Source: the human T2T-CHM13v2.0 reference genome, Homo sapiens
Length of the DNA: 64,000 bases
Direction: 5' to 3' (one strand)
Assembly (NCBI RefSeq): GCF_009914755.1
Contig: NC_060925.1
The notes beneath the pieces are model-generated. The model saw nothing but the letters and a program-made list of their open reading frames with translations. It was not told the DNA's origin and ran no database searches. The translations under genes were made by a program, and so were the position numbers. Of the stretch, positions 14,797-29,792 are shown in pieces. Position 1 is the first letter of the stretch; each line of letters begins with the position of its first letter.

Positions 14797-17700
14797 AGAC
14801 ACAAAATACCTTTGCTTTCTATTGAGAAATTTTATGTGAACTTTGAATTTTAGTGATATGTCTAGATATACTACATTTTCATCAGGGATATTGGCATGTA
14901 ATTTTCTTTTCTTGTAGTGACCTAGTTTAGCTTTGGTGTCAGGGTAATGCTGGCATAATAAAATGATTTTAGAAGTGTTCACTACTCTTCAATTTTTTGG
15001 AAGGATTTAAGAAGAATTGCTGTTAATTCTTCTTTAAAATTTGGTAGAATACACAAGGAAGTCATTTAGTGCTAGGTTTTTCTTGGCAGGAAATTGTTGA
15101 TTACTGTTTCAGTCTCTTTGTTATTTGTCTGTTCTGCTTTTTTATTTCTTTATTATTAAGTCTAGATAAGTTGTATGTTTCTAGAAATATATTTAAATAT
15201 TCTAGGTCATCATTGGTGTATAAATGTTCATAATATTTTCTTACAATCCTTTGTATTTCTGTGACATCAGTTGTACTGTCTCTTCTTTCATCTCTAATTT
15301 TATTTAAGTCCTCTTTTTTATTCGTAGCCTAGCTAAAGGTTTTCAATTTTATTTATCTTGTAAAAATCAACTCTTGGTTTAATTGATATTAGATATTATT
15401 TTTTTATTTTCATTTTTTTCCTTTGTAACACTTTTTTTATTGAGGTAAAATATACACAACATAAAATTTACCAACTTAATCATTGTTAAGTTTACAATTC
15501 AGTGGTACTAACTACATTCATATTGTTGTGCCACCCATTACCACCATTTATCTCCAGATATTTTTTCATCTAGAAAAGCTGAAATTCTATATCTAGTAAA
15601 CAATAACTCTCTATTCCCTCTCCCCTCCAACCCCTGGCAGGTACCATCTTATTTTCTGTTCCGATAAATTTAGGACAGATTCCATAAAAGTGAAATTGTG
15701 AAATTGTACAGTATTTTTGCATTTGTGACTGGCATATAGAGACAACCATACTCTTTTCTAGTTACTATTTGAGTTAAATATATTTTTAAATCCTTTACTT
15801 TTGACCTATTTGTTTCTCTAGAATTGTTAGCTTCTTGTAGACAGAAATATAACTGGATCATGTTTTTTTTTTTTAATCTACTCTTCCAATCTTTATTATG
15901 TGACTAATTTTTTATTCCATATACATTAAAAGTATTGATAAGTAATAACTTATTACTATCATTTTTTCTGTGTTTTATGTATGCCTTATAGCTGTTTTTG
16001 TCCCTCATTTTATGCATTACTGTCCTTTTTTGTGTTTAGTTGATTTTTTTGCAGTGAAATGTTTTAATTCCTTTCTCATTTTCTTTTGTGAATATTCTAT
16101 TGTTACTTTCTTTGTGGTTACCATGGTGATTACATTTAACATCCAAATGTTATAACACTCCAATTTGAATTCACAACAAGTTAACTTCAATAGCAATACA
16201 AACAATCTGCTTCTATTCAGCTCCATCTCTACTTCCTTTTAAAGACTGATATTGTAAAATTATATACTTATATACTGTGTATCCAAAAACAGAAACTGAT
16301 GATGTTTTATGTATTAATCTCTTAAATAATGTAGAAAACAAAATGTTGATTCACAAATGAAAGTTATAGTAATACTAGGTTTTAAACTAATGATAGTTTT
16401 TAAAAAATGTCTATCTCCTAAATAATACAGAATAAAAAACTGGAGTAACAAATCAAAGTTAAAATAATACTAACTTTTATAATTTCTAATATATTTGCCA
16501 CTACTAAGACCTTCTTCATGTTGCTGTCTAGTGTCCTTCCATTTCAACTTTTTAGCATGCCTTGTAAGAAAAGTCTCACAGTAATGAACTTTTGTTTATC
16601 TGGGAAGTTAGAGTTCCTCTTGAACTTTTTGAATTATGGTTTTCATAAGTATAGAATTTTTGGTTGACAATTTTTTCTTTCTGTTTTAATACATCAGCAT
16701 ACTGCCTTCTGGCCTACAAAATTTCTGACGAGAAAATATCTGATAATTTTATTGAGGATCACTTAAATGTGATGAGTCATTTCTCTCTTACTGTTTTCAA
16801 GATTCTCTGTTTTTTGACAGGTTGATGTCAGTCTCTTTGTGTTCATCCTACTTCTAAAAGTTTGTTGAGCTTCTCAGAAGTTTATATTTATGTCTTTCAT
16901 CATATTTGGGAAGTTTTCAGCTATTATTTCTTCAGAAATTCTCTATAGCCGTTTCTTTTCCTCTTTTCCTTCTGGGATTTCCAAAAGATGTACGTTTGTC
17001 TGCTGGATGGTCTATCACAGGATACTTGACTCTGTTCACTTTTCTTCAATATTTTTCATTCTGTTCCTCAGAATCAATAATTTCAATAGCCTTATTTTCA
17101 ACTTTACGTATTATTTTTTCTGTGTGTTCAAATCTGCCTTTGAATCCCTCTCAGGATTTTTTTTATTTCAGTTATTATACTTTTCAGCTCCAGGTTTTTA
17201 AATTTTCTTTTAAAATTCATGTATTTTTATTAATATTTTTATTTTTATACATTATTTTTGGACATTCTCCACATATTCCTTTAGATTGCTGAGCATTTTT
17301 TAGACGGTTGCTTTAAATTATTTATCTAGCAAATGTGCCACCTAGTCTTTCTCAGGGACAGTTTCTGGTTTATTTATTTATTTATTTTTGAATAGACTAT
17401 ATTTTCCTGTTTCTTTGTATATCTCATGTCATTTTCTTTGGTGAAAACTGGACATTTGAATTTAATAGTGCAGTAAATCTGGAAATCAGATTCTCCTTTT
17501 GTCCCAGGATTTGCTGATTTTCAGTTTTCATTTTCTTTTTTTTTCTTTCCTTTTTGTAGGCTATTCTTATTCTAATGTAAACCTGTGGGATAAACTTCAT
17601 TTCTTCTCAGGTCTTTTTTGAACCTGAGCATGCATGGTGACTTTCTAAATTCCCTATATATATGGTTGCTTTTTAATGTTCTAGACTTTAAATATCTAGT

Positions 17701-19070
17701 TCCCAATGCAGAAAAAGAGAAAAATGGGAGTGAGGTAAGAAAAGTAAAAAATATAAGGGGCCGTTGGCTCTTTTAAACCTCATGAAAGTTGCTTCAGACC
17801 AAGGTGAGGGGCCTTGCAACAGTGTGAGGAGGGGTGCAAGAATGGTGGCCCCACTCTGTGTTTGCATCTCCAATATAAGCATCAGCAAATAGCAATCTGA
17901 ACAAAATCCTATATTTTTGGAGGACAGGATACTTTTTGCCCACCCTGGCTCCCACAAGCAGCCTGCAAACTGCTTCAGGAATACATACACAACTGCCTGC
18001 CAAGGGGCTGGTGGCTGTGTACATACACCTTGCTGTGAATTACAATTGTCAGAAGTTAACTGCAATTTACCATCTATGCCTTTCCCTGTAAGTTTCAATA
18101 CTTCAAATAAATACCAGACCTATAAAATTGTTATGTAGACAGGTTTTGCCAGTGCAATTGCAGTCTGGGTGAAGATAAAGATTTTTGGTGCTTTCTACTC
18201 TACCATTTTCTCAGGATCCTTGCCTCTTCTATTTGATTTACTTTCCTTTAATCTTTTTTTTTTTCTCTTTAGGCTTAAGTTGTTCTTCTTTTATTTCCTT
18301 GAGGTAAGTTGTTTATTTGAGACCTTTTTTCATGTTGGCATTTATCACTGTAAAGTTGCCTCTTAGAGCTGCTTCTGTTGCATTCTATATGTTTTGGTAT
18401 GTTTCATTTCACTTTCAGCTGTCTCAAGATTTTTTTTTTAATTTTTCTTTTGGCATCTTCTTTGGCTCACTGGTGCTCAGAAGTGTGTTGTTTAATTTCT
18501 ACATATTTTTGAATTTTTCAGTTTTCCTCCTGTTGCTGTTGGATGGAATGTTGAATGTTCCATATATCTGTTTCATCCATTTGGTCAATAGCATTGTTAA
18601 AGTCTGCTGTTTTCTTATTAATTTTCTGTCTGAATGATTGATCCATAGTTGAGAGTATTGAAGTCTCCTAGTGTTACTGTATTGCTATTTCTTTCTTGAT
18701 TTCTGTTAATATATGCTTTGCATATAGGTGCTCTGTTGGTATGTGAATATATATTCATAATTGCTATGTTTGATTGATTCATTAACTCTTCTATAATTAT
18801 ATAATAACTTTCCTTGTCTTGTAACAGTTTTTGATTTAAGTCTATTTTGTCGGGTAAAAATATAGCCATGCTGCTCTTCTTCTCTGTTTTGATTACGATT
18901 TACATGGAATATCTTTTCCCATTCCTTCACTTTCAGTGTATGTGTGTCCTTAAAGCTGAAGCCAGTCTTGTGGACAGCACATAGTTGGATCTTGTTTTTT
19001 GTGCCCATTTGGCCAGTTTACAACTTTTTATTAGAGTGTTTAATCCATTTAAATTTAAAGTAAATGTTGA

Positions 19071-19384
19071 GGCTGTGCATGGTGGCTCATGCCAGTAATC
19101 CTAGCACTTTGGGAAGTGGAGGCGGGTGGATCACTTGAGGCCAGAAGTTCAAGACCATGTTGGCCAACATGGTGAAACCCTGTCTGTACTAAAAATACAA
19201 TTAGCTGGGCGTGGTGGTGTGCACCTGTAATCCCAGCTTCTTAGGAGGCTGAGCCAGGAAAATCACTTTAACCCAGGAGGTGGAGGTTTCAGTGAGCCGA
19301 GATCACACCACTGTGCTCCAGACTGGGTGACAGAACAAGCCTCTGTCTCAAAAAAAAAAAACCAAAAAAAAAAAACCACAACAA
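19071..19384 (+). mobile_element. AluSx/Sz-like
   Basis: Full dimer GGCTGTGCATGGTGGCTCATGCC...CTCTGTCTCAAAAA. Confidence 0.85.
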
Positions 19385-19385
19385 C

Positions 19386-19780
<395 letters not shown>

Positions 19781-20699
19781 TTATAATTTGATAATTTATC
19801 GTTGATAATTTATTAATACTGGTATATTTTAATTTTTAATTTTCATATCCACTATACATTAATTTTTGTGTATCTACTATAAATTTTTCTGAGTACCACA
19901 GAGTTTACATAATCTTCTTGCAATAGCCTATTTTAAGCTGATAGTAATTTAACCTCCCTCACATATAAAAATGCCATACATTTACTTCTCCCTACACAAT
20001 ACTCTTTCTGCTATTGATGTCAAAATTACTTTTTAAAATATTGTGCATTAGTTAATTATTGTAGTTATAGTTATTCTTAATACTTCTGCCTTTCAGCATT
20101 TATACTAGGGTTAAAACTGATTTACACATTACTATTAAAATATTAGAGTATTATGTGTTTGCCTATATATTTTCCTTAACCACTAAGTTATAATTCTTTC
20201 ATGTGCTCTCATAATGTCATTTGGTTTCAATTTGAAGAATTCTCTTCAGCAATTTTTGTAACACTTTTCCTATGGTGATGAACTCCCCACAACTTTTATT
20301 TGTTTGGCAAAGTCATTATCTTGTCTATATCTCTGAAGAACAGCCTTGTCAGGTATAGTATTCTTAAGTGGCATGTTTTTTTTTCTTATAGCATATCAAA
20401 TATATCATTCTACTATCTCGGCCTGCTGTTTAGATTACTCTTTATATAATAAATTGACACTCCAGGAATATTTGGCCTTACACTATTCTTTCTTGGTACC
20501 CCTGATAAAATACATTCAGTTTCAAACATCAATGCAAATTCAAAATACATTACATTGTGATTAATAAGAAATACTCACTTAAATAAGAAATACTATATAT
20601 TTTTTCTAAAAAACAAAGAAAAGAAATAAAAAAGTGGAGAGATAAATCTTCCTAAAGTTTAATCATAAATCCAATGCAATTCAAAACCAAATCCTAGAG

Positions 20700-20840
20700 A
20701 GGAGTTAATATAAGTCATAAGAGTGCTGGCTCTAAAGTCAGATGGCCTGACCTAAATATAAACTATAACACCAGCTCTGTGGTGTACCCAAAACTCCTTA
20801 AGCATTATTTCACAGGTAAACAACACAATCAAAATGAAGA
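20700..20840 (+). mobile_element. MIR fragment
   Basis: AAGAGTGCTGGCTCTAAAGTCAGATGGCCTG resembles the MIR 5' region. Confidence 0.45.
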
Positions 20841-21139
20841 ACAATATTATTTTTATTGTGATACATTTATACTAAAAACATTTTCACACTCAAAGATATA
20901 TGTACTTATAATAATCATTCAAAATACATTTTCATTATGAGAAAATGTGTTAAAAAATTAAAAGATCATTTGCCCTATAATATACTATGCAGTCCTTACA
21001 AATAATTTTTAAAATTATGTATAATGACATGAAAATTGGCCATCTTATATTGCTAAGTGAGAAAACACATTGTTAAATTTTCACTGTGACCACTAAGATC
21101 CTATTTTTAAAATGTAATACTTAATATTTAAAAAAATAT

Positions 21140-21189
<50 letters not shown>

Positions 21190-21215
21190 GTCATTTATCT
21201 ATCTACCTATCTATC
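21140..21215. repeat. (TATC)n tetranucleotide repeat, continuing after the THE1 at ~23618-23646
   Basis: Read directly. Confidence 0.9.
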
Positions 21216-23617
21216 TGAGATGGATTGGCTGTGTCCCAACCCAAAGTTCATCTTGAACTGTAACCCCCATAATTCCCACTTCTTGGCAGGGACACAGTGA
21301 GGGTAATTGAAACATGGGGCAGGTCTTTTTAGTGATTTTTTTATGATAGTGAATAAATATCACAAGATCTGATAGTTTTATTAAGGGGAGCTCCCCTGCA
21401 CATGCTATATTGCCTGCCACCATGTTAGATGTGACTTTGTTCCTCATTTGCCTTCTGCCATAATTGTTAGGCCTCCCCAGCCATGTTGAACTGTGAGTCA
21501 ATTAAACCTCTTTCCTTTATAAATTACCCAGTCTCAGCTGTGTTTATTAGCAGCCTGTGAACAGACTAATACAGTAAATTGCTTCCAGTAGGGTAGGTGC
21601 TGCTCTAAAGATACCTGAAAATCTGAAAGCAATTTTGGAACTGGGTAACAGGCAGAGGTTGCAACAGTTTGAAGGGCTCAGAAGAAGATAGGAAAATGTG
21701 GAAAAGTTTGGAACTTCCTAGACACTTGTTGAATGGCTTTGACCAAAATGCTGATAGTTATATGAACAATAAGGTCCAGGCTGGCATGGTCTCAGATGAG
21801 GAACGTATTGGGAACTGAAGCAAAGGTGACACTTGTTATGCTTTGGCAAAGAGATTGGCAGCATTTTGCCCCTGCCCTAGAAGTCTGTGGAATTTTGAAC
21901 TGGAGAGACCACTTAGGGTATCTGGTGGAAGAAATTTCTAAGCAGCAAAGCATTCAAGAGTTAATTTGGGGGCTGTCAAAAGGGTTCAGTTTTGTATATT
22001 CCCAAAGATATAGTTTGGAATGGGAACTTATATTTAAAAGGAAAGCAAAGCATAAATGTCTGTAAAATTTACAGCCTGATAATGCAATAGAAGAGAAAAG
22101 CTCATTTTCCTTAAGAGAAATTAAAGCCAGCTGCAGAAATTTGCATAAGTAAAGAAGGGCCAAATGTTAATTGGCAAGACAATGGGGAAAATGTCTCCAG
22201 GGCATGTCAGAGGTCTTAACAGCTGATCCTCCCATTCCAGGCCTAGAGACCTAGGAGGAAAAAATGGTTTTGTAGGCCAGACCCAGGACCTGGCTCCTTT
22301 GTGCAGTGTCAGGATTTGGTGCCCTGCATGCTGGCTGTGGCTAAAAGGGGTCAACATACAGTTCAGGCTGTTGTTTCTGAGGGTGCAAGTCCCAAGCCTT
22401 AGTGGCTTACACATGGTGTTAGACCTATGGGTGCACAGAAGACAAGAATCGAGGTTTGGGAACCTCTACCTAGATTTCAGAGGAAGTATAGAAGTGCCTG
22501 GATGTGCAGGCAAAGGAGGGCTTCAGGGACGGAGCCCTCATGGAGAACCTCTGCTAAGAGAGTGCAGGAGGGAAATGTAGGATGGGAACCCCCACACAGA
22601 CTCCCCAATGGGGCACTGCCTAGTTGTGTGAGAAGAGAGTCACTGGCTGGCATTGAATGTCTGTGGCTTTTCCAGGCAAATGGTGCAAGCTGTTAGTGGA
22701 TCTCTTATCTACTGATGGATCTATCACTGGTGGATGATAGATCCACTGACAACCTGCACTGTTTGCCTGGAAAAGCCACAGACACTCAATGACAGTCTGT
22801 GAAATCATCTGGAAGGGGGAGGTGTACCCTGCAAGCCACAGGGGTGGAGCTGCACAAGATCATGGGGACCAACATTTTGCATCACTGTGTCCTGGATGTA
22901 AGACATGGAGTCAAAGGAGATCATTTCAGAGCTTTGAGATTTGACTGATCCACTGGAATCCAGAAATTCTTGGGGCCTGTAGCCCCTGTGTTTTGGACAA
23001 TTTCTTCCATTTTCCATTTTGAATAGCTGAATTTACCCAATGCCTGTACCTCCATTTTATCTAGGAAGTAACTAACTTGCTTTCGATTTTACAGGCTCAT
23101 AGGAAGAAGAGACTTGCCTTGTCTTAGATGAGACTTCAAACTGTGGACTTTTGAGTTAATGCTGAAATGAGTCAAAACTTCTGGGGACTGTTGGGAAGGC
23201 ATGATTGGTTTTGAAATTTGAGGACATGAGATTTGTGAATGGCCAGGGGTGGAATGATATGGTTTCACTGTGTCCCCACCCAAATCTAATCTTGAATTGT
23301 AACTCCCATAATTCCCACATGTTGTGGGAGGGACCTGGTGGAAGGTAAATGAATCATGGGAGGATCTTTTCTGTTAATGTTCCCATGATAGTGAATAAGT
23401 CTCATGAGATCTGATGGTTTTATAAAGGGGAGCTCCCCTGCATATGCTTTCTTGCCTGTCGCCAGGTAAGATGTGACTTTGCTCCTCCTTTGCCTTCTAC
23501 CATGATTTTGATTCCTCCCCAGCCATGAAGAAGTGTGAGTCAATTAAACCTCTTTCCTTTATAAATTACCCAGCCTCAGATATGTCTTTATTAGCAGCAT
23601 GAGAACAGGCTAATACA
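21216..23617 (+). mobile_element. Complete THE1 (THE1C-like) MaLR provirus: LTR 21216-21573, internal 21574-23254, LTR 23255-23617
   Basis: Two ~360 bp TG...CA LTRs ending CTAATACA; THE1 internal motifs; 5-bp TSD CTATC/GTATC. Confidence 0.92.
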
Positions 23618-23701
23618 GTATCTATCATCTATCTGTCTATTATCTATGGAGGTAGACCTTGTTTTGTATAAGTAGACACAAGATGTGAAAGATATCATAT
23701 A

Positions 23702-26107
23702 GTTGCAAAAATCCTCAATAAAATACTGGCAAACTGAATCCAGCAGCATATCAAAAAGCTTATCCCAATGATCAAGCCAGCTTCATCCTTGGGATGCAAG
23801 GCTGTTTTAACATAAGCAAATCAATAAATGTAATCCATCACATAAACAGAACCAACAGCAAAAACCACATGATTATCTCAATAGATGCAGAAAAGGCCTT
23901 CAACAAAATTCAACAGCTTTTCATGCTAAAAACTCTCAATAAACTAGGTATTGATGGAACATATCTCAAAATAATAAGAGCTATTTATGACAAATCCACA
24001 GCCAATATCACACTGAATGGGCAAAAACTGGAAGCATTCAATTTGAAAACCGGCAAGAGATAAGGATGCCCTCTGTCACCACTCTTATTCAACATAGTGT
24101 TGGAAGTTCTGGCCAGGGCAATCAGGCAAGAGAAAGAAATAAAGCATATTTAATTAGGAAAAGAGAAAGTCAAACTGTTTCTGTTTGGAGATGAAATGAT
24201 TGTATATTTAGAAAACTACATCATCTTAGCCCAAAATCTCCTTAAGCTGATACGCAAGTTCAGCAAAGTCTCAGGATACAAAATCAATGTGCAAAAATCA
24301 CAAGCTTTCCTATACACCAAGAACAGAGAGCCAAAACATGAGTGAACTCCCATTCACAATTACTACAAAGAGAATAAAACACCTAGGAATCCAACTTAAA
24401 AGGGAAGTGAAGGACCTCTTAAAGGACAGCTACAAGCCACTGCTCAACAAAATAAAAAAGGACACAAACAAATGGAATAACATCCCATGCTCATGGATAG
24501 GAAAAATCAATATCATGAAAATGGACATACTGCCCAAGGTAATTTATAGACTCAATGCTATCCCCATCAAGCTACCACTGACTTTCTTCACACAATTGGC
24601 AAAACCTAATTTACATTTCATATGGAACCAAAAAAAGCCCACATAGCCAAGACAATCCTAAGCCAAAAGAACTAAGTGGAACGCATCATGCTACTTGACT
24701 TCAAAGTATACTACAAGGCTACAGTAACCAAAACAGCATGGTACTGGTACCAAAACAGAGATATAGACCAATGGAACAGAACAGAGCCCTCAGAAATAAC
24801 ACCACACATCTACAACCATCTAATATTTGAAAAACCTGACAAAAACAAGAAATGGGGAAAGGATTCCCTATTTAATAAATGGTGCTGGGAAAACTGGCTA
24901 GCCATATGTAGAAAGCTGAAATTGGATGCTTTCTTACACCTTACACAAAAATTAACTCAAAATGGATTAAAAACTTAAATGTAAGACCAAAAACCACAGA
25001 AGAAAACCTAGGCAATACCATTCAGGACATAGGCATAGACAAAGACTTCATGACTAAAACACCAAAAGCAACGGCAACAAAAGCCAAAATAGACAAATGG
25101 GATCTAATTAAACTAAAGAGCTTCTGCAGAGCAAAAGAAACTATCATCAGAGTGAACAGGCAACCTACAGAATGGGAGAAAATTTTTGCAATCTATCCAT
25201 CTGACAAAGGGCTAATATCCAGATTCTACAAAGAACTTAAATTTACAAGAAAAAAACAACCCCATCGAAAAGTGGGCAAAGGATATGAACAGACACTTCT
25301 CAAAAGAAGGCATTTATGCAGCCAACAGACATATGAAAAAATGCTTATCATCACTGGTCATCAGAGAAATGCAAATCAAAACCACAATAAGATACCATCT
25401 CACACTAGTTAGAATGGTGATCATTAAAAAGTCAGGTAACAACAGATGCTGGAGAGGATGTGAAAAAATAGGAACACTTTTACACTGTTGATGGGAGTGT
25501 AAATTAGGTCAACCATTGTGGAAGACAGTGTGGCAATTCCTCAAGGATCTAGAACTAGAAATACCATTTGACCCAGCAATCCCATTACTGGGTATATACC
25601 CATAGGATTATAAATCATGCTATATGCTACTATGAAGACACATGCACACATATGTTTGTTACAGCACTATTCACAATAGCAAAGACTTGGAACCAACCCA
25701 AATGTCCATCAATAGTAGACTGTATAAAGAAAATGTGGCATATATACCATATGAAATACTATGCAGTCATTAAAAAGGATGAGTTCATGTCCTTTGTAGG
25801 GACATGGATGAAGCTGGAAACCATCATTTTCAGCAAAATATCAGAAGGACAGAAAACAAACACATGTTCTCACTCATAAGTGGGAGTTGAAAAATGAGAA
25901 CACATGGACACAGGGAGGGGAACATCACACAGCACAGCCTGTTGGGGGGCTGGGGGAGGGATAGCGTTAAGAGAAATACCTAATATAAATGATGAGTTGA
26001 TGGGTGCAGCAAACCAAAATGGCACCTGTATACCTATGTAACAAACCTGCATGTTGTGCACATGTACCCTAGAACTTAAAGTATAATAATAATGAAATTT
26101 AAAAAAT
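23702..26107 (+). mobile_element. 5'-truncated L1PA (L1PA6/7-like); ORF2 RT/C-terminal pseudogene fragments
   Basis: ORF fragments [16 protein letters not shown] and [17 protein letters not shown]; L1PA 3'UTR; TSD AAAGATATCATATA (23688-23701) / AAAGACATCATTTA (26108-26121). Confidence 0.93.
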
Positions 26108-26194
26108 AAAGACATCATTTATAATAGTTAAAATTGGTTGTCTCAGTGTAGAATGTTTAGAAGGTATAAGAAAAAGAGATTTTTACTTTTGCTA

Positions 26195-26645
26195 CTTATC
26201 AGGAAATTTTAAGGCACAATTATCAGAAAACCAAACAAAAATTTGCTTAAGCAATAAATATATCTATTAGCTTACTTAATAGGAAAGCTAGAAGAAAGCT
26301 GGACATTTAGTTTGATTGATTCTGTCCCTAAATTATATTATCAAAGACTATGCTATTTTCTTTTCTTCTATCATTTATTGTTTACATCACTCCTCATGAT
26401 TGTTAGCTATCTGCCAATAGCAGTAAGTGCTCTACTATTTTCAATGATGATAAAAATTCTCTCTTATTTAAAAACAGGGATTCCAACAATTCTCTTTGTG
26501 TGTTTCAAGGCCAAAATGTGGTCACATAGTGATTAGTCAATCAATCACTGAAAGACCTGTGGCACTGCAGTTAAACCAGTCTGGCTTATTCCTTGATCTC
26601 AAGTCAATTTCCTAAACCACATTGCTTCCAGTCAACCAACATATC
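26195..26645 (-). mobile_element. Ancient MLT1J/K-like LTR
   Basis: CAGAAAACCAAAC...TTGCTTAAGCAATAAA...TATTAGCTTACTTAA signature; heavily diverged. Confidence 0.45.
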
Positions 26646-26985
26646 TGCTGTTGTATTGATTATCATCTTTATTATCATACAATAATCATATATTACTTAG
26701 TCAATTAAAATAAAATTTTTGAAAAGTATTGATAATTTTTTAAATGTTTGACAATTATCCAATAGATCATAACTGTGGAAGTCTGCTTACAAAATTTTAG
26801 TTAAACCTAGCAAAAAATTCTAAAATTTCTTAGCTTATTATAAAAAGTACAATGCAGCAGGCAGAGATATCTATCATCATTTATGATGAAAGTAAAGATC
26901 TTTTATCATTTGCTTTGTATAAGACAATTTTACTTTGGTACCTTCTCTTTGCTTTAAAAAATAGTAAAATGTCACCAGTATACTA

Positions 26986-27069
26986 CAGGTTGAGCATTCT
27001 TAAAATCCAAAAGTCCAAAATCCGAACTCTTCTGGTCCCAAGCATTTCAGATAAGGGCTCTTTCACCTT
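26986..27069. mobile_element. Tigger4/MER46 (Zombi) mini-element with both termini
   Basis: TA|CAGGTTGAGCATTC...AAAATCCGAACTCTTCTGGTCCCAAGCATTTCAGATAAGGG...CACCTT|TA. Confidence 0.75.
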
Positions 27070-29084
27070 TATAATCTATAAAAGCCTAAAGAAAGGACAT
27101 TTTTAATACTAAAAATTAAATATGGTCGGGTAAAATAAGAAAATCTTTTCCACATTAGGCCCATCTTATAGTTCAGAAAAGAATTAAAAGGAACCTGATT
27201 CAAAGAGAATAAAAAGTAAAATAATGTAAACATCAAATTTTTAAATATTAATGTAAACAAATTTCAATATAGTTAGGAAATACTATCAATTATAATTTTT
27301 AACATCTAAGAAGTAATTTTTAATAATGCCTATGTCTCTCACTGGGACTGATGAAATAACAAATTTTAAGAGTTGAGAGGGGTCAAGGTTAGTAATAACA
27401 TTTACCAGATAATACATTATATGAGGTAGCTGTTTAGAAAACTCATTTGCTGCCTTCTACAGTAAAGTGACTTTTGGTGGATTACCTCTCTGTATCCCAC
27501 AGTTAAACTACAGATTTACTATAAAACCCTTCATTTATGATACAATGAAACTGGATTTCTTAGCTTTTTAGAAACTGTGGAATGTTAATCAATAATAGAT
27601 TATGCTATGGTGATGTTACATTTTCTTTTCTTTTCCCAGTAACTGTCTCCCCCTGAGAGACAGGGTTCTCCCATAAGGTCCAGAGACTGACATTTCTGTG
27701 GACTTAATCTATATGTCCAAGGACACTTCAAAGGTTAAGTAAATTCTATTTCTAATTCCATGATCACTAAATTGTAAATGCTAGAAGCTTTAGATTTTGA
27801 CAACTTTGGGCCTTTAATTTTGAATGAGGATTCTTCTATCTCTGTGAAATATCAGACACTGAACATTAGAAGTGGGCTGTAAGAATCTACAGTCTGGGAT
27901 TTATCAAAATACTTTTTGTGAAGATTTGGCTGGTTATGGAAGTACAACTGGTCTAAATACACTATAGCAAATGAAAAATATTTACGTCATGTTTTTGTTT
28001 AAAATTAAATACCTGGGTGGCTCTATTTATAGAAATATATCACAGGTTTAAAGACAGAGGAAAATGGCTCACAAATCCAATAAAACTTGGAATGCATGAT
28101 TACCTGCAATATCAGGGGATTTTCACCCAATATATTTGCCAACAAATCAATAACATGAGTAAAGCCTTCTGCATTGTGGGCAATCAAATGCTCACTAACA
28201 GGTAACACTGCTTAAATTAATATAATCCTCAAAGTGCTCTGTATGTTTCAGAGCTAATACCACTGAGGCTTAAAATTCACACGTGATAAGCTAGAGGATA
28301 TTTCTTAATAATGGTTTAAATAAAAGGAAATTACATGAAGATTCTGAATTAAATGCTCCCACACTGAATGGGCTCAGTTTAAGTTGTTCTTGTCTCTAAT
28401 GGCATATTACTTATTGTCTGTATTTCTTTATACAGCAAAAAAAAGTAGCAAGCACCTAAAATATTATGTTGCTATTTCACTAAAACTTATGACTACTTTT
28501 TGAAACTGTTATAAAGATTGTGTTGGATATCATGCCTCATTGAAATGGCTTCCATCTCTCACCCTTTCAGACTCAGACCAAAAATCACCACCTCTCTGAA
28601 GCCTGCCCAGACTCCCTGAGGAAAATCAATAGCTTTTTTCTTTGTTTCTAACTCCTCTCTTGCAGCATTATCACACTATTTTGTAAGCATCCCTTCTGGC
28701 TTTTGAATGTAGTATAAGGACCTGACACATATTTTACTGAGTAAATGTGAAGACCATATCAAGTAAGCAGCAGAGCATATGAACAACATCTGCCATAGAG
28801 GTTAATAGTGGCACTGGGCCTTTATTAAATATGGTTTTACTTTCAAAGTCAAGGTTTAACGTGGAGGAAAACCATGCAAAGAAAAGCCATGTGTTTAAGT
28901 TGTGTAACTTAAAACACAAAGATTGTGCTTAATTGACACATCCAGATTTTGTCAATGTGCTAGTGTTGTGTTCTGCTCTACAAAACATTTAATAACACAG
29001 TTACACTACAGTTTGGAATAGCTATTACCTGTCAAGCATGAGGTACCAGAGATACAGATGAATTAGGCAGAGTAACTGAACCTA

Positions 29085-29433
<349 letters not shown>

Positions 29434-29792
29434 TCACAGAAAAATCTTTAAACTTATCAAAAATGCATTCTATATGTATCCTTTATTATTTCTTTTAAAT
29501 AATTATTGCTGAAGAAGTAAAATACAGTTAATATCACATCAAAAGACAATTTTTTTTCTTAGAAAGCTACAATTGTTTGGCAAATTTGACTTAAGTTTAA
29601 GAACAGGGCATATATGTAGATACTTTCAACAAAAGTATCTATATGTGACATTTTAATGCTTTTAACTAGTCATATCAGAGTGAGAGAAAAAGAGGAGAGA
29701 AAGAAAAAGAAGGAGGATAAAGAGGAAGTGAAAACAATAAAGTAGAGGTAAGCTAGTAAGAAAGAAACAGTAAAATAGGATTAAAAAGATTT

